A stretch of DNA of 64,000 nt from Candidatus Eiseniibacteriota bacterium (GCA_041946735.1 JBHGAY010000019.1:32001-96000), one strand, 5' to 3'; shown: positions 9,009 to 17,455, numbered from the stretch's first letter. Program-made: numbers and translations. Notes: generated by a model from the sequence alone, not told the origin.

Positions 9009-12000
9009 CTATTTCAGAAGCGTGACGGTGCGGACCGAGAGGGCGTCCGGCGTGTCGAGCCGGACGAAGTAGACGCCGGACGGCAGCGGGCGCCCCGCGC
9101 CATCTCGGCCGTCGAAGTAGATCGTGTGCGAGCCGGCCGCAACCGGCCCGTCGACGAGCCGGCGCACGACGCGCCCGCTGACGTCGACGACCTCGAGCCG
9201 CGCCGCCATCGCCCGCGCGATCGCGAAGCGGATCGCCGTGCGCGGGTTGAACGGATTGGGCCGGCAGTCCTCGATGGAGGTCCTGAGAATCGTCGCGCCG
9301 TCCTCCGCGCCCGTCACCGGCCGCCGGTTCGCCGTCAGCTGGAAGTCGTCGACCGCCGCCTCGACGAGCGATCCGGGCGCGACGTCGCCCGCGACGAAGC
9401 GCACGCGCACCTGATCGGTCAGCGCCACGTAGGCGGCCAGATCGAACGCGTAATGCGTCCAGGAGTTTGCGCTCTCCGTCGTGTGCTCGAGGTGCACCCA
9501 GTTCGCCCCGTCCGCGGTCACGTCGACGTCCCACGTGTCGAGGTCCGGGCTGTTGCCGAGATCGTTCGTGTACCAGCGCCAGTACTCGATCGAGGCCGAG
9601 GTGGCATCGCCGAGATCGAACACCGGCGACAGCAGCGTCGTCTTGCCGCCGTCGACGTCCGCCTCCCCCGCCGCGCCGCCGACCGACCCGTTGCCGGTCA
9701 CGAAGCAGATCGTCCCGGGAGTCGAGGTGTGGTCGTCCTCCGGCTGGCACGGACTGCCGTTGTAGACCGTCCCGACCGGATCGGCCCGCGTCCAGCGCCC
9801 GCTCGACGCGTCGTCGTCGGGCGCGGCGAGCGCCCATCCACGGTCCGCCTCCGCGTCGTCGACCCACGCGCCGACGAAGACCTCGTACTCGAGGTCGGTC
9901 TCGTACCCCATCGGACAGGAGATCGCGAGCTGGAGCGCGAGCGCGCTCGGGCTCGGGCAGCCCGGAAGCACCCGCAGGCCGAAGCCGCCGATCACCCCCT
10001 CGCCGCTCGCCGTCACGCGCAGGCAAACCCCCTCGCCGTCCGTCACGACGACGTTCGGATCGGAGCAGGTCAGCGTCCCGGTGAGGTTGCACGCGTCGGC
10101 GTGGCCCGCGTTCGCGACCTCGGCGGTGAAGAAGACCGTCTCGTCCGGATCGATCCCGCCGTCGCCGTTGCCGTAAGGCGCGGAGTCGTCGATCCCCACC
10201 GGCCCGGAGAGGAGCGCCGGAGCGTGGACGAGGGTCGAGAACGCCGAATCCCAATCGCCCTGATCGGCGTGCGCCGAGGCGGTCCACGCGATGACGTAGC
10301 CGTCCGGCGCGTGGCCGGCCACCCGCACCCCCTGCCCGCTCGGCGAGACGACGACCTCGCCCGGCGCGATGTCGCCGAAGTCCAGTTCGTTGGAGGTGAT
10401 CACGACGAGCGGATCGGCGCTCGCCGCCGAGCCGGTCACGTGCGTCGCCGGCTGCGTCCCGACGTTCTTCAGCGCCAGCTTGAGCGTCGCGTCCTCTCCC
10501 GCGTCGAGGTAACCGTCCGCGTCGCCGGTGAGAGCGTCCTCGATCACGACGTGATCGAGGACGAGATACGGGCCGCTCGGCGGGATGACCTGCGTGGTCC
10601 CCTCGAACGGCAGGAAGTCGTGCGCCGCGACGGTCAGGCGCAGCGTGCAGGGAACCACCGGCTGCGGATGCAGGACGACCTGACCCGCCAGGTTCGTCAC
10701 GCCGGTGTCGTAGACGCCGAAGCTCTCGTCGTAGACCGTCACCTGCGCGCCCGCGATCGGAAGGCCGCCGAGTTGCGTCACCGCGACCGGATAGTCGGGA
10801 TTGCCGATCACGAACGCCTGCGGATAGCTGACGCTCGCCGTCCGCGGCGCCGCCGTCCACAGGTGCATCGCCGGATCGCCGAAGAGGTTCAGCTCGTAAT
10901 AGCACCAGCGATTCGCGCCGTAGTCGATCGCCCAGAGGACGTCGACCCTCGAGTCGTCGTTGACGGGGCCGATCGCGTAGATGCGCTCGGAGAACATCGC
11001 GTCGAAGAACTCCCGGTCGAAGAACTGCGAGGAGCCGTTCGTCCCGCCCGGATCGCCCCATCCGTAGCGGGAGTTCATGACGACCGCGGCGGCGCCGTGG
11101 TCGTCGGTCTGGAACTCCTCGGCGAAGCAGTCGCTGCCGTAGCCGCCGCCGTCGCCGCGGTTGTCGAACGATCCGCAGTAGCAGCCCTGGCTGTAGACGA
11201 AGTTGTAGCTGTGGGTGACACCGTCGTTGTCGAAGGAGGGGATGTCGGTATTGTACAGCTTCATCGCGTAGTCCACGTTGGCGTGTCCCAAGTGGTTCAC
11301 GATGTTCATCCCGCTCTCCATCCGCTGGATCAGCTGCGCGCCGGACCAGGTCCCCTCGTGGTCGTAAAGCCACGTGACGTTCATCGAGCCGGGGAACCCG
11401 ACCGTCGTGTAGCCGTTGGCGCTCGAGCCGAGACGCACCTCTTCCTTGTACGTGTCGCCGTAGGTGAGCGGGTTCGACCAGAGCAGCTCGCCCGCCATCA
11501 TCGCCTCGCCGCTTTCCGCGACGACCGGCGCATTGGCATAGCGCGTCGTCTTCGTCACGAACGCGCTCATCTCGGCCGCCTCGTCGACGCACGCGCGTCC
11601 GACCGCGACCTCCGGAATCATGTCCGCCTCGGCCGGCTCTCCCCAGTAGCCGTCGCCATCGGTGTTCCAGTTGCCGTCGAGGCCTCCATAGTACAGGTCG
11701 GCGGGAATGTCGCTGTCGGAGTCGCCGTAGTCGGTGCTCGAGTAGAGCCCGCGATGCGGGATTCCGTTGGCGTCGCGCGCGTCGCCGACGAGGAGCAGGT
11801 AGTCGGAGCCCCAGGTCTGGTACGCGTCCTTCACGAACTCGCGAATCTTCGCCTGGTCGTCGACGCCTGTATAGTTCGCCACGATCCAGGACATCAGGAA
11901 GATCGCCGCCTTATGGCCGCGCGCGCTCTCGAAAGCGACGAGCGGCGCGCACCCCGCCGCCCAGCTCTCGGTGGTGACGATCAGGTAGGTGATCCCGAGC

Positions 12001-12707
12001 GAGGGATCGAGCGCGCGGCTCCCGCCGGCAGGCTGGACCAAATCGTAGGCGCTCGCGTCGCCCGGATTGTCCACGCGCCCGGCGAGCGTCTCGCGGGTCG
12101 AGGCGTCCTTGCGCAGCATCGCTTCGGTCTCCCGGTACGCGGCGAGGCTCGGAGCGGTCTCCACCTCGACGTCGAAGGAGCGAACGACCGACAGCCGTCC
12201 CTCCGCGGGAATGTACTCGAAGGGATGGAGCACGACGGTCAGGATCCGGTAGCCGCGATAGAGCGCGGCGTGCGGCTCGTCGTTCCACCGTCCGGGGAAA
12301 GGAAGCGACGAGCCGTAGATCGCCGGATCGCCTTCGACGCGCGCGGGCGGCTCGCCGGAAGAGAGATGCGCCTGCGGCTGGCCCGGAGCGATTTCGATCC
12401 CGCTCCCGAGCTCGTGGCGCTCGCCCGGCAGGACGGAGATGCGCACCAGCTCCTCCCCGGGGGGAAGCAGCAACCGCGCGCCGATCATCGGAAGGACCGG
12501 CTCGCCGGGCCGGCCGAAACTCCACGCTCCCTCGAGCGTGACCTGGACCCCTTGGCCGGTCCGCTCCAGGACCGGCTCGGCGAAGTCGTAGTGCTGGCGG
12601 AGAACGGTCGCGCCGGCCAGCGTGGCGAAGGTCAGGGTACCGAGGATCGCCAGGGCGATCCCCAGCCCAATGCGGGCGGTGCCCGCGCACGGCCTCGCGA
12701 AGTGCAT
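9009..12707 (-). CDS. C25 (gingipain-family) cysteine peptidase with propeptide, Ig-like domains and C-terminal FlgD-Ig/T9SS-like domain
   Basis: Propeptide GEPVLP; YLLLVGD; ADLYY; VAVGR; catalytic His in NHLGH and Cys in SQGCYCGSFD; NLFGDP; C-terminal PNPFNP...SGVYFVRL...VTLLK. Confidence 0.9.
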   Translation of the reverse strand: MHFARPCAGTARIGLGIALAILGTLTFATLAGATVLRQHYDFAEPVLERTGQGVQVTLEGAWSFGRPGEPVLPMIGARLLLPPGEELVRISVLPGERHELGSGIEIAPGQPQAHLSSGEPPARVEGDPAIYGSSLPFPGRWNDEPHAALYRGYRILTVVLHPFEYIPAEGRLSVVRSFDVEVETAPSLAAYRETEAMLRKDASTRETLAGRVDNPGDASAYDLVQPAGGSRALDPSLGITYLIVTTESWAAGCAPLVAFESARGHKAAIFLMSWIVANYTGVDDQAKIREFVKDAYQTWGSDYLLLVGDARDANGIPHRGLYSSTDYGDSDSDIPADLYYGGLDGNWNTDGDGYWGEPAEADMIPEVAVGRACVDEAAEMSAFVTKTTRYANAPVVAESGEAMMAGELLWSNPLTYGDTYKEEVRLGSSANGYTTVGFPGSMNVTWLYDHEGTWSGAQLIQRMESGMNIVNHLGHANVDYAMKLYNTDIPSFDNDGVTHSYNFVYSQGCYCGSFDNRGDGGGYGSDCFAEEFQTDDHGAAAVVMNSRYGWGDPGGTNGSSQFFDREFFDAMFSERIYAIGPVNDDSRVDVLWAIDYGANRWCYYELNLFGDPAMHLWTAAPRTASVSYPQAFVIGNPDYPVAVTQLGGLPIAGAQVTVYDESFGVYDTGVTNLAGQVVLHPQPVVPCTLRLTVAAHDFLPFEGTTQVIPPSGPYLVLDHVVIEDALTGDADGYLDAGEDATLKLALKNVGTQPATHVTGSAASADPLVVITSNELDFGDIAPGEVVVSPSGQGVRVAGHAPDGYVIAWTASAHADQGDWDSAFSTLVHAPALLSGPVGIDDSAPYGNGDGGIDPDETVFFTAEVANAGHADACNLTGTLTCSDPNVVVTDGEGVCLRVTASGEGVIGGFGLRVLPGCPSPSALALQLAISCPMGYETDLEYEVFVGAWVDDAEADRGWALAAPDDDASSGRWTRADPVGTVYNGSPCQPEDDHTSTPGTICFVTGNGSVGGAAGEADVDGGKTTLLSPVFDLGDATSASIEYWRWYTNDLGNSPDLDTWDVDVTADGANWVHLEHTTESANSWTHYAFDLAAYVALTDQVRVRFVAGDVAPGSLVEAAVDDFQLTANRRPVTGAEDGATILRTSIEDCRPNPFNPRTAIRFAIARAMAARLEVVDVSGRVVRRLVDGPVAAGSHTIYFDGRDGAGRPLPSGVYFVRLDTPDALSVRTVTLLK

Positions 12708-12926
12708 TCCTGCAGACCTCCTTGGATGGAAGAAGCGAGGCCGGCAGACCCGCCGCCGTGCGGCATCGGGGCGAAAGAATCGGGTCGTGGGCGGCCTCTC
12801 CACACCGCGCCTGCACGCCGGGCACGCGATCGCCGGGCGCCCGAGGGGGACGCGGGGAGAGACGGGAAGGTCGGTTGCGGCCGTCCTGCGGTCCACGCGG
12901 CCCCATGCCGCGTGCAAGCAGGGGCA

Positions 12927-12955
12927 ATTGTACAGGCGACGGCGGGGCCCCTCAA
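12927..12955 (-). promoter_or_regulatory. Sigma70-type promoter for the C25 peptidase gene
   Basis: TTGAGG-N17-TACAAT on the minus strand, about 220 nt upstream of the start codon. Confidence 0.6.
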
Positions 12956-13491
12956 GGCGGGAGGGAGGCGCCGGATGCGGGAGGGAAGCACACGGGAGGG
13001 AAGGGAGGGAGGGACGGAGGGGGGCGCTCGGCGGGCCCGGCGGTGCCGGCGCCGTCTTCCCGGGTCAGCGCGGCGCTCGCACGCCTGCGGGCGGCATGTT
13101 CCCGCGTCAACACGGCGCTCGCACGCGCTCGCGAGGCAGGTTCCCGCGTCACCATGGCGCTCGCACGCGCTGGCGAGGCATGTTCCCGCCGCACCTTGGC
13201 GCTCGCACGCGACCGTGAGGCAGGTTCCCGCGTCACCTTGGCGCTCGCACGCGACCGCGAGGCATGTTCCCGCCGCACCTTGGCGCTCGCACGCGACCGC
13301 GAGGCAGGTTCCCGCGTCACCTTGGCGCTTGCACGCGCTCGCGAGGCAGGTTCCCGCGTCACCATGGCGTTCGCACGCGCCCGCGAGCCAGGTTCCCGCC
13401 GCACCATGGCGCTCGCGCGCGCTCGTGAGGCATGTTCCCGCCGCACCATGACGTTCGCACGCGTTCGGTCGCCGTATTCCCGCCGCAACAT
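12952..13491 (-). CDS. Possible heptad-repeat, Arg/Ala-rich protein encoded by the tandem array (179 aa)
   Basis: GGAG-N7-ATG at 13491; translation repeats V(T/R)RE(H/P)AS-RARASA(M/K). Other frames are also open, so coding status is uncertain. Confidence 0.3.
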   Translation of the reverse strand: MLRREYGDRTRANVMVRREHASRARASAMVRREPGSRARANAMVTREPASRARASAKVTREPASRSRASAKVRREHASRSRASAKVTREPASRSRASAKVRREHASPARASAMVTREPASRARASAVLTREHAARRRASAALTREDGAGTAGPAERPPPSLPPFPPVCFPPASGASLPP

Positions 13492-13518
13492 GGCTGTTCT
13501 CCGCCAATGTGCGCCGCG
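13057..13518. repeat. Tandem array of 11 x 42-bp units (each two related 21-bp halves)
   Basis: TTCCCG recurs exactly every 42 bp (13057, 13099, 13141 ... 13477). Consensus TTCCCG(CGT/CCG)CACC(A/T)TGGCGCTCGCACGCG(CT/AC)CGCGAGGCA(G/T)G. Terminal units are degenerate. Confidence 0.97.
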
Positions 13519-13786
13519 GCGCGGCCGCAGCGCCGCCCCCTCACGCCCTCCAACGCTATCGTTATTCTTTTTCTCTTCGAGCTTGCGACATCCCCGTTTA
13601 TGAAATCGACCTCTCCACAAAAATAAATTTCCGGGGCAACTCCAACATTCCTGGCAACTTGCACGAAACCGCCCCCGCTCGCGTCCCTGCGCCGCGTATC
13701 CTTTCGACCCCCTCGTGCGTATGGGATGTAGAGCCTCGCCGGCCGGGCCCCGAAGGTCCTTTTCCCGGCGGGGTGGGGAGGATCAG

Positions 13787-14482
13787 ATGAGACTGCCATC
13801 GCGGTCCACCAGTGCACGGATCCTGCTCGTCTTCTACGGCGCCTACCTCATGGTCCGGCTCGGCGTGGAGTCGCTCCTCGCCGAGATCCTGGAGTTCTTC
13901 CGTCCCTTCCAGGAGCGGCTCACCTCCTGCCTGGAGGCCTACGACCGGGCGGTGCTGCGCGCGCAGCAGGCGCTCGCGCTGCGCGATCACCGCGACTTCC
14001 TCCTGGATCGTGAGATCCTGATGCTCTACAACGTGCTCCTCGCGCGCGTCGGCGGAGACCGCGACGCCGCTTCGTTCCGGGCCTACTTCCCCGACGGGCT
14101 GCCCGCCGTCACCCGCGTCGCCGCGCCCTACGAGCTGCGGCGCGTGGCGGTGCTCCAGCAGAAGCTCGCCGAGGAGGCGATCCCGGAGATCGCGGCGTAC
14201 GGCGCGCCGATCGCGGCGGCCGCGCAGGCCCTCCAGGAGGCGCTCGACGGGTACACGCAGGCGCTCACGGCGCGCGAGGCGGCGTCCGGGCTGCTCGAGG
14301 TCGAGAAGGCCAAGTGGCTCGACGGCTACGCGCAGACGTTCCGCCGCCTGCAGCTCCACTTCCACGACGACCCGAAGCGGGCGGAGGAGTTCTTCCGGGT
14401 CCGCCCGCGGAAGGGAACGCCCATCGAGGAGCCGAAGGCGACGGCGCCCGAGCCGGCGCAGAGCGCGACGGCGACGTCGTAG
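13787..14482 (+). CDS. Hypothetical all-alpha-helical protein (231 aa) next to the repeat array
   Basis: GGGGAGGA RBS before ATG 13787; typical GC-rich third codon positions; long amphipathic helices; YFPDG and AEEFF motifs; low-complexity tail. Confidence 0.85.
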   Translation: MRLPSRSTSARILLVFYGAYLMVRLGVESLLAEILEFFRPFQERLTSCLEAYDRAVLRAQQALALRDHRDFLLDREILMLYNVLLARVGGDRDAASFRAYFPDGLPAVTRVAAPYELRRVAVLQQKLAEEAIPEIAAYGAPIAAAAQALQEALDGYTQALTAREAASGLLEVEKAKWLDGYAQTFRRLQLHFHDDPKRAEEFFRVRPRKGTPIEEPKATAPEPAQSATATS

Positions 14483-14594
14483 CCGCGGGCCGGCTCCCGG
14501 TCTAGACAAGGGCGCGCTCCGGGCCGGGGGTCCCGGGGCGCGTCTCCTTGCGGGCGGCAGGCGATCCGGAACCTTCTCGCTCGCTCCGTCGGCG

Positions 14595-15353
14595 TCAGCT
14601 TCCCAGCGGAACCGTGACGGAGACGAGCGGAGGGACGGGAAAGGCCCCGGCCACGGGAGAGCCGAAGCGCTGCACGCCGACCCCCGCCGTGATCGCCCAC
14701 TCGATCCGACCGGACCGCAGGCGGACCGCCGGGAGCAGCAGCAGCGTCGAGTCGAAGCCGTCGTCGGCGCCGGCCGCTCCCCAGAGGGCCTCGAAGCCAT
14801 AGGTCGCGCGGCCGCGCGTCCACTCCCCGGCGCCGAAGAAGGAGACCTGCGGATTGCTCCAGTCGTAGCGCCCGCCGGGATACTCGGAGCCGGGCATCGA
14901 GTGGACGGCGAGGCCGCCGTGGAAGCGGGCGGGACGCACCGGGGAGCTGACGAGCGCCGCGACCGCGTCGATCCTTCCCCCCTCCCCCTCGCCGCGCGAG
15001 ACGACGAAGCCCCCGATCGACTGGGCGAGGATCGCGCTCCCCCACGTGTCACCGTCCGGCACGGTGAGCGACAGCTTCGCCGATGCGGACAGCACGCCGC
15101 CGAAGGTGTCGAGGAACCAACTGCCGCCGAAGTAGCCGGAGACCGACAGGCGGGGAACGACGGGAACGGCGAGCTCCGCGACCAGCGCGGGCGGAAAGAC
15201 GAGCGCGTGCCCGGCGATCTCCGGCTGCGGGATCGGATCGGCCGTCGGCATCAGCGCGACGACCGGACTCGCCGCGGCCGGCGCGGCGAGGATCGCCCAC
15301 GCGGCGCAGGCCGCCGCGAACAGCCGCCCGCGCGCCACGGCGCCAAGGGGCAT
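14595..15353 (-). CDS. Hypothetical exported protein, probable small beta-barrel
   Basis: Signal peptide (AILAAPAAA); alternating beta-strand pattern; abuts the stop codon of the upstream gene. Confidence 0.65.
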   Translation of the reverse strand: MPLGAVARGRLFAAACAAWAILAAPAAASPVVALMPTADPIPQPEIAGHALVFPPALVAELAVPVVPRLSVSGYFGGSWFLDTFGGVLSASAKLSLTVPDGDTWGSAILAQSIGGFVVSRGEGEGGRIDAVAALVSSPVRPARFHGGLAVHSMPGSEYPGGRYDWSNPQVSFFGAGEWTRGRATYGFEALWGAAGADDGFDSTLLLLPAVRLRSGRIEWAITAGVGVQRFGSPVAGAFPVPPLVSVTVPLGS

Positions 15354-15734
15354 CTACTTCTCCCCGCTCGTCCCGACGAACCAGTCCTCGCGATCGGCGA
15401 AGAGAACGTTGAACGTGGTGAACGTCCCGTAGACGCGCGAAATGTAGGCTTGCAGCTCCACGCGCTCCGCGTCGTTCAGCTTCGGATGGTTGTTGATCTT
15501 CTGCTCGAGCACGCGGAGCTTCTCGCGGGCCATGACGAGCTTGTGGAAGAACGCGTCGATCGGGACCGACTTCTCCTGCGTCCCGGCCTTCCCGGGACGC
15601 AGCACGATCTCGCCTCCCTCCCAGCGTCCCGCGAGGTCCGGCTCGCGACCGCCGAACAGGCCCGCCTCCTCGAAGCTCCGCCGCATCTCCTGGCGGATGA
15701 CGCCGGCGATCTCACGTATCGATTCGCTGTCCAT
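15354..15734 (-). CDS. Conserved hypothetical protein (126 aa)
   Basis: GGAGGAGG RBS; protein-like RWEGGEIVLRPG...IDAFFHKLVMAREKLRVLEQKIN...YGTFTTFNVLF, which I recall as a Bacteroidota-type hypothetical family. Confidence 0.8.
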   Translation of the reverse strand: MDSESIREIAGVIRQEMRRSFEEAGLFGGREPDLAGRWEGGEIVLRPGKAGTQEKSVPIDAFFHKLVMAREKLRVLEQKINNHPKLNDAERVELQAYISRVYGTFTTFNVLFADREDWFVGTSGEK

Positions 15735-15945
15735 CGCATCCTCCTCCACGCTGTGGCCACGGGCCGGGCCGCCCTTCGCGGCCGGGGTCCACCGGCGGTG
15801 CCGGCGCGCGGCGCCGCCCGGGTCGACAACGATAACGGAATCGCCGGCGCCGGGAAGCGGCCGCCGGCGCGGTTGACGAGCCGGCCTTTCAGGGAGGATC
15901 TTCGGTGGCGTGCGGTCGGCCAAGCAACCCGCAGGGAGGTGTGGA

Positions 15946-17397
15946 ATGCAGGGGTACGAGGCGTTGGAGCCGAAGGCGGTCTGGCAGATCTTCGCGAGGA
16001 TGAGCGCGGTCCCGCGCCCGTCCGGGCACGAAGGCGCGGTGATGGAGAGCCTGCAGAAGTGGGCGGCGGAGCGCGGCCTCGCGACGCGGCGCGACGCGGT
16101 CGGGAACATGGTCGTCTCGATTCCGGCCAGTCCGGGGCGCGAGAAGGCGGCGCCGGTCGTGCTGCAGGGGCACGTCGACATGGTCTGCGAGAAGAACGCC
16201 TCGGTCTCGCACGATTTCCACGCCGATCCGATCCGCATGAAGGTCGAGGACGGCTGGGTGCGCGCCGAAGGGACCACCCTCGGCGCGGACAACGGAATCG
16301 GCGTCTCGATGGCGCTCGCGCTCGCCGCCGACTCCTCGGTCACGCATGGACCGGTCGAGGTCCTGATGACGATCGACGAGGAGCGAGGGCTCTCCGGCGC
16401 GAAGGGGATCCAGGCCGGGTTCTTCCAGGCGAAGCGGATGATCAACCTCGACTCCGAAGAGGACGACGCGCTCTTCATCGGCTGCGCGGGCGGGCGCGAC
16501 TCGGCGTTCGACGTCCCGTTCCTGCCGGGCCACGTCGATCCGCACTGGACCGGTCGCGCGGTGGCGATCTGCGGCCTTACCGGCGGGCACTCCGGCCTCG
16601 ACATCCACCGCAACCGCGGCAACGCGATCCGGATCCTGACGCGCCTGCTCCTCGCCGGATGGGACGCGACCCCGCTGCGCATCGGCGCGATCGCCGGCGG
16701 ACAGCTCCGCAACGCGATCCCGCGGGAGGCGAGCGCGCTCGTGAGCGTGCCGGCCGACCGCGCGGCCGCCTTCGAGGAGGCGGTGCGCGCCTGCTTCGAG
16801 CGGATCCGCCGCGAGGAGCTCTCCGGCGTGGACGACGGCGTGACGATGGCGATCTCCGAGGCGGAGGTGTCCGAGGCGGTCCTGCCGGAGGAATCGCGGC
16901 GGATCCTCGACCTGCTCGCCGCCGTCCCGCACGGCGTCACCGCGATGTCGCAGGCGGTCCCGGGGCTCGTGGAGACGAGCAGCAACCTCGGCGTCGTCCG
17001 GACCGCGCAGGGCCAGGTCGACGTCGTCTGCTGCAGCCGCTCCTCGGTCGGCGCCTCGCTCGATGCGCTCGCCGCGCAGCACCTCTCGATCGCGCGGCTC
17101 GGCGGCGTCGGGATCACGCAGGAGCCCGGCTACCCGGGCTGGAAGCCGAATCCGGGGTCGGACCTGCTCGGGATCGTGCGGCGGCAGTACCTCTCGGTCT
17201 TCGGGCGCGAGCCGGACCTGAAGGCGGTGCACGCCGGACTCGAGTGCGGCCTTTTCACCGAGCGCTATCCGGACCTCGACATCGTCTCCTTCGGGCCGAA
17301 CATCGTCGGCGCCCACTCCCCCGACGAGCGGGTCGAGGTGGCGTCGGTGCAGCGCGTCTGGAAGCTCTTGGGAGGCGTCCTGGAGGCGCTGGCCTAG
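15946..17397 (+). CDS. pepD: Aminoacyl-histidine dipeptidase (peptidase M20C)
   Basis: QGHVDMV, TLGADNGIG, DEERG, NLDSE, HAGLECG and GAHSPDE motifs. Confidence 0.95.
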   Translation: MQGYEALEPKAVWQIFARMSAVPRPSGHEGAVMESLQKWAAERGLATRRDAVGNMVVSIPASPGREKAAPVVLQGHVDMVCEKNASVSHDFHADPIRMKVEDGWVRAEGTTLGADNGIGVSMALALAADSSVTHGPVEVLMTIDEERGLSGAKGIQAGFFQAKRMINLDSEEDDALFIGCAGGRDSAFDVPFLPGHVDPHWTGRAVAICGLTGGHSGLDIHRNRGNAIRILTRLLLAGWDATPLRIGAIAGGQLRNAIPREASALVSVPADRAAAFEEAVRACFERIRREELSGVDDGVTMAISEAEVSEAVLPEESRRILDLLAAVPHGVTAMSQAVPGLVETSSNLGVVRTAQGQVDVVCCSRSSVGASLDALAAQHLSIARLGGVGITQEPGYPGWKPNPGSDLLGIVRRQYLSVFGREPDLKAVHAGLECGLFTERYPDLDIVSFGPNIVGAHSPDERVEVASVQRVWKLLGGVLEALA

Positions 17398-17455
17398 CGC
17401 GGCCGCCCTACGACGAAGGCGGGAGACGCTCGGACAGCGCCGCCGCCCAACGACG

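Noticed and set aside
7891..11592. 1233-aa ORF suggesting a fusion to homocysteine methyltransferase
   Set aside because: Only the last 320 aa are protein-like; the rest is an off-frame read of the C25 peptidase gene. The same artefact affects ORFs 40612-43524, 51407-55324, 15354-17117 and 32833-34434.
9126..13451. 1441-aa + strand ORF, and similar giant ORFs such as 109-2604, 37924-41895, 52903-57009 and 59446-62865
   Set aside because: Antisense shadow frames of real minus-strand genes; Arg-rich, motif-free and expected at this GC content.
12632..13507. Cys-rich repeat protein (ACERHGDAGTCLAS)n as a called CDS
   Set aside because: It has a weak start, runs through the peptidase promoter and overlaps the peptidase start. 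Kept only as an alternative frame within the array finding.
13057..13518. CRISPR array
   Set aside because: Units are contiguous and similar along their whole length, with no unique spacers and no cas genes in the window.
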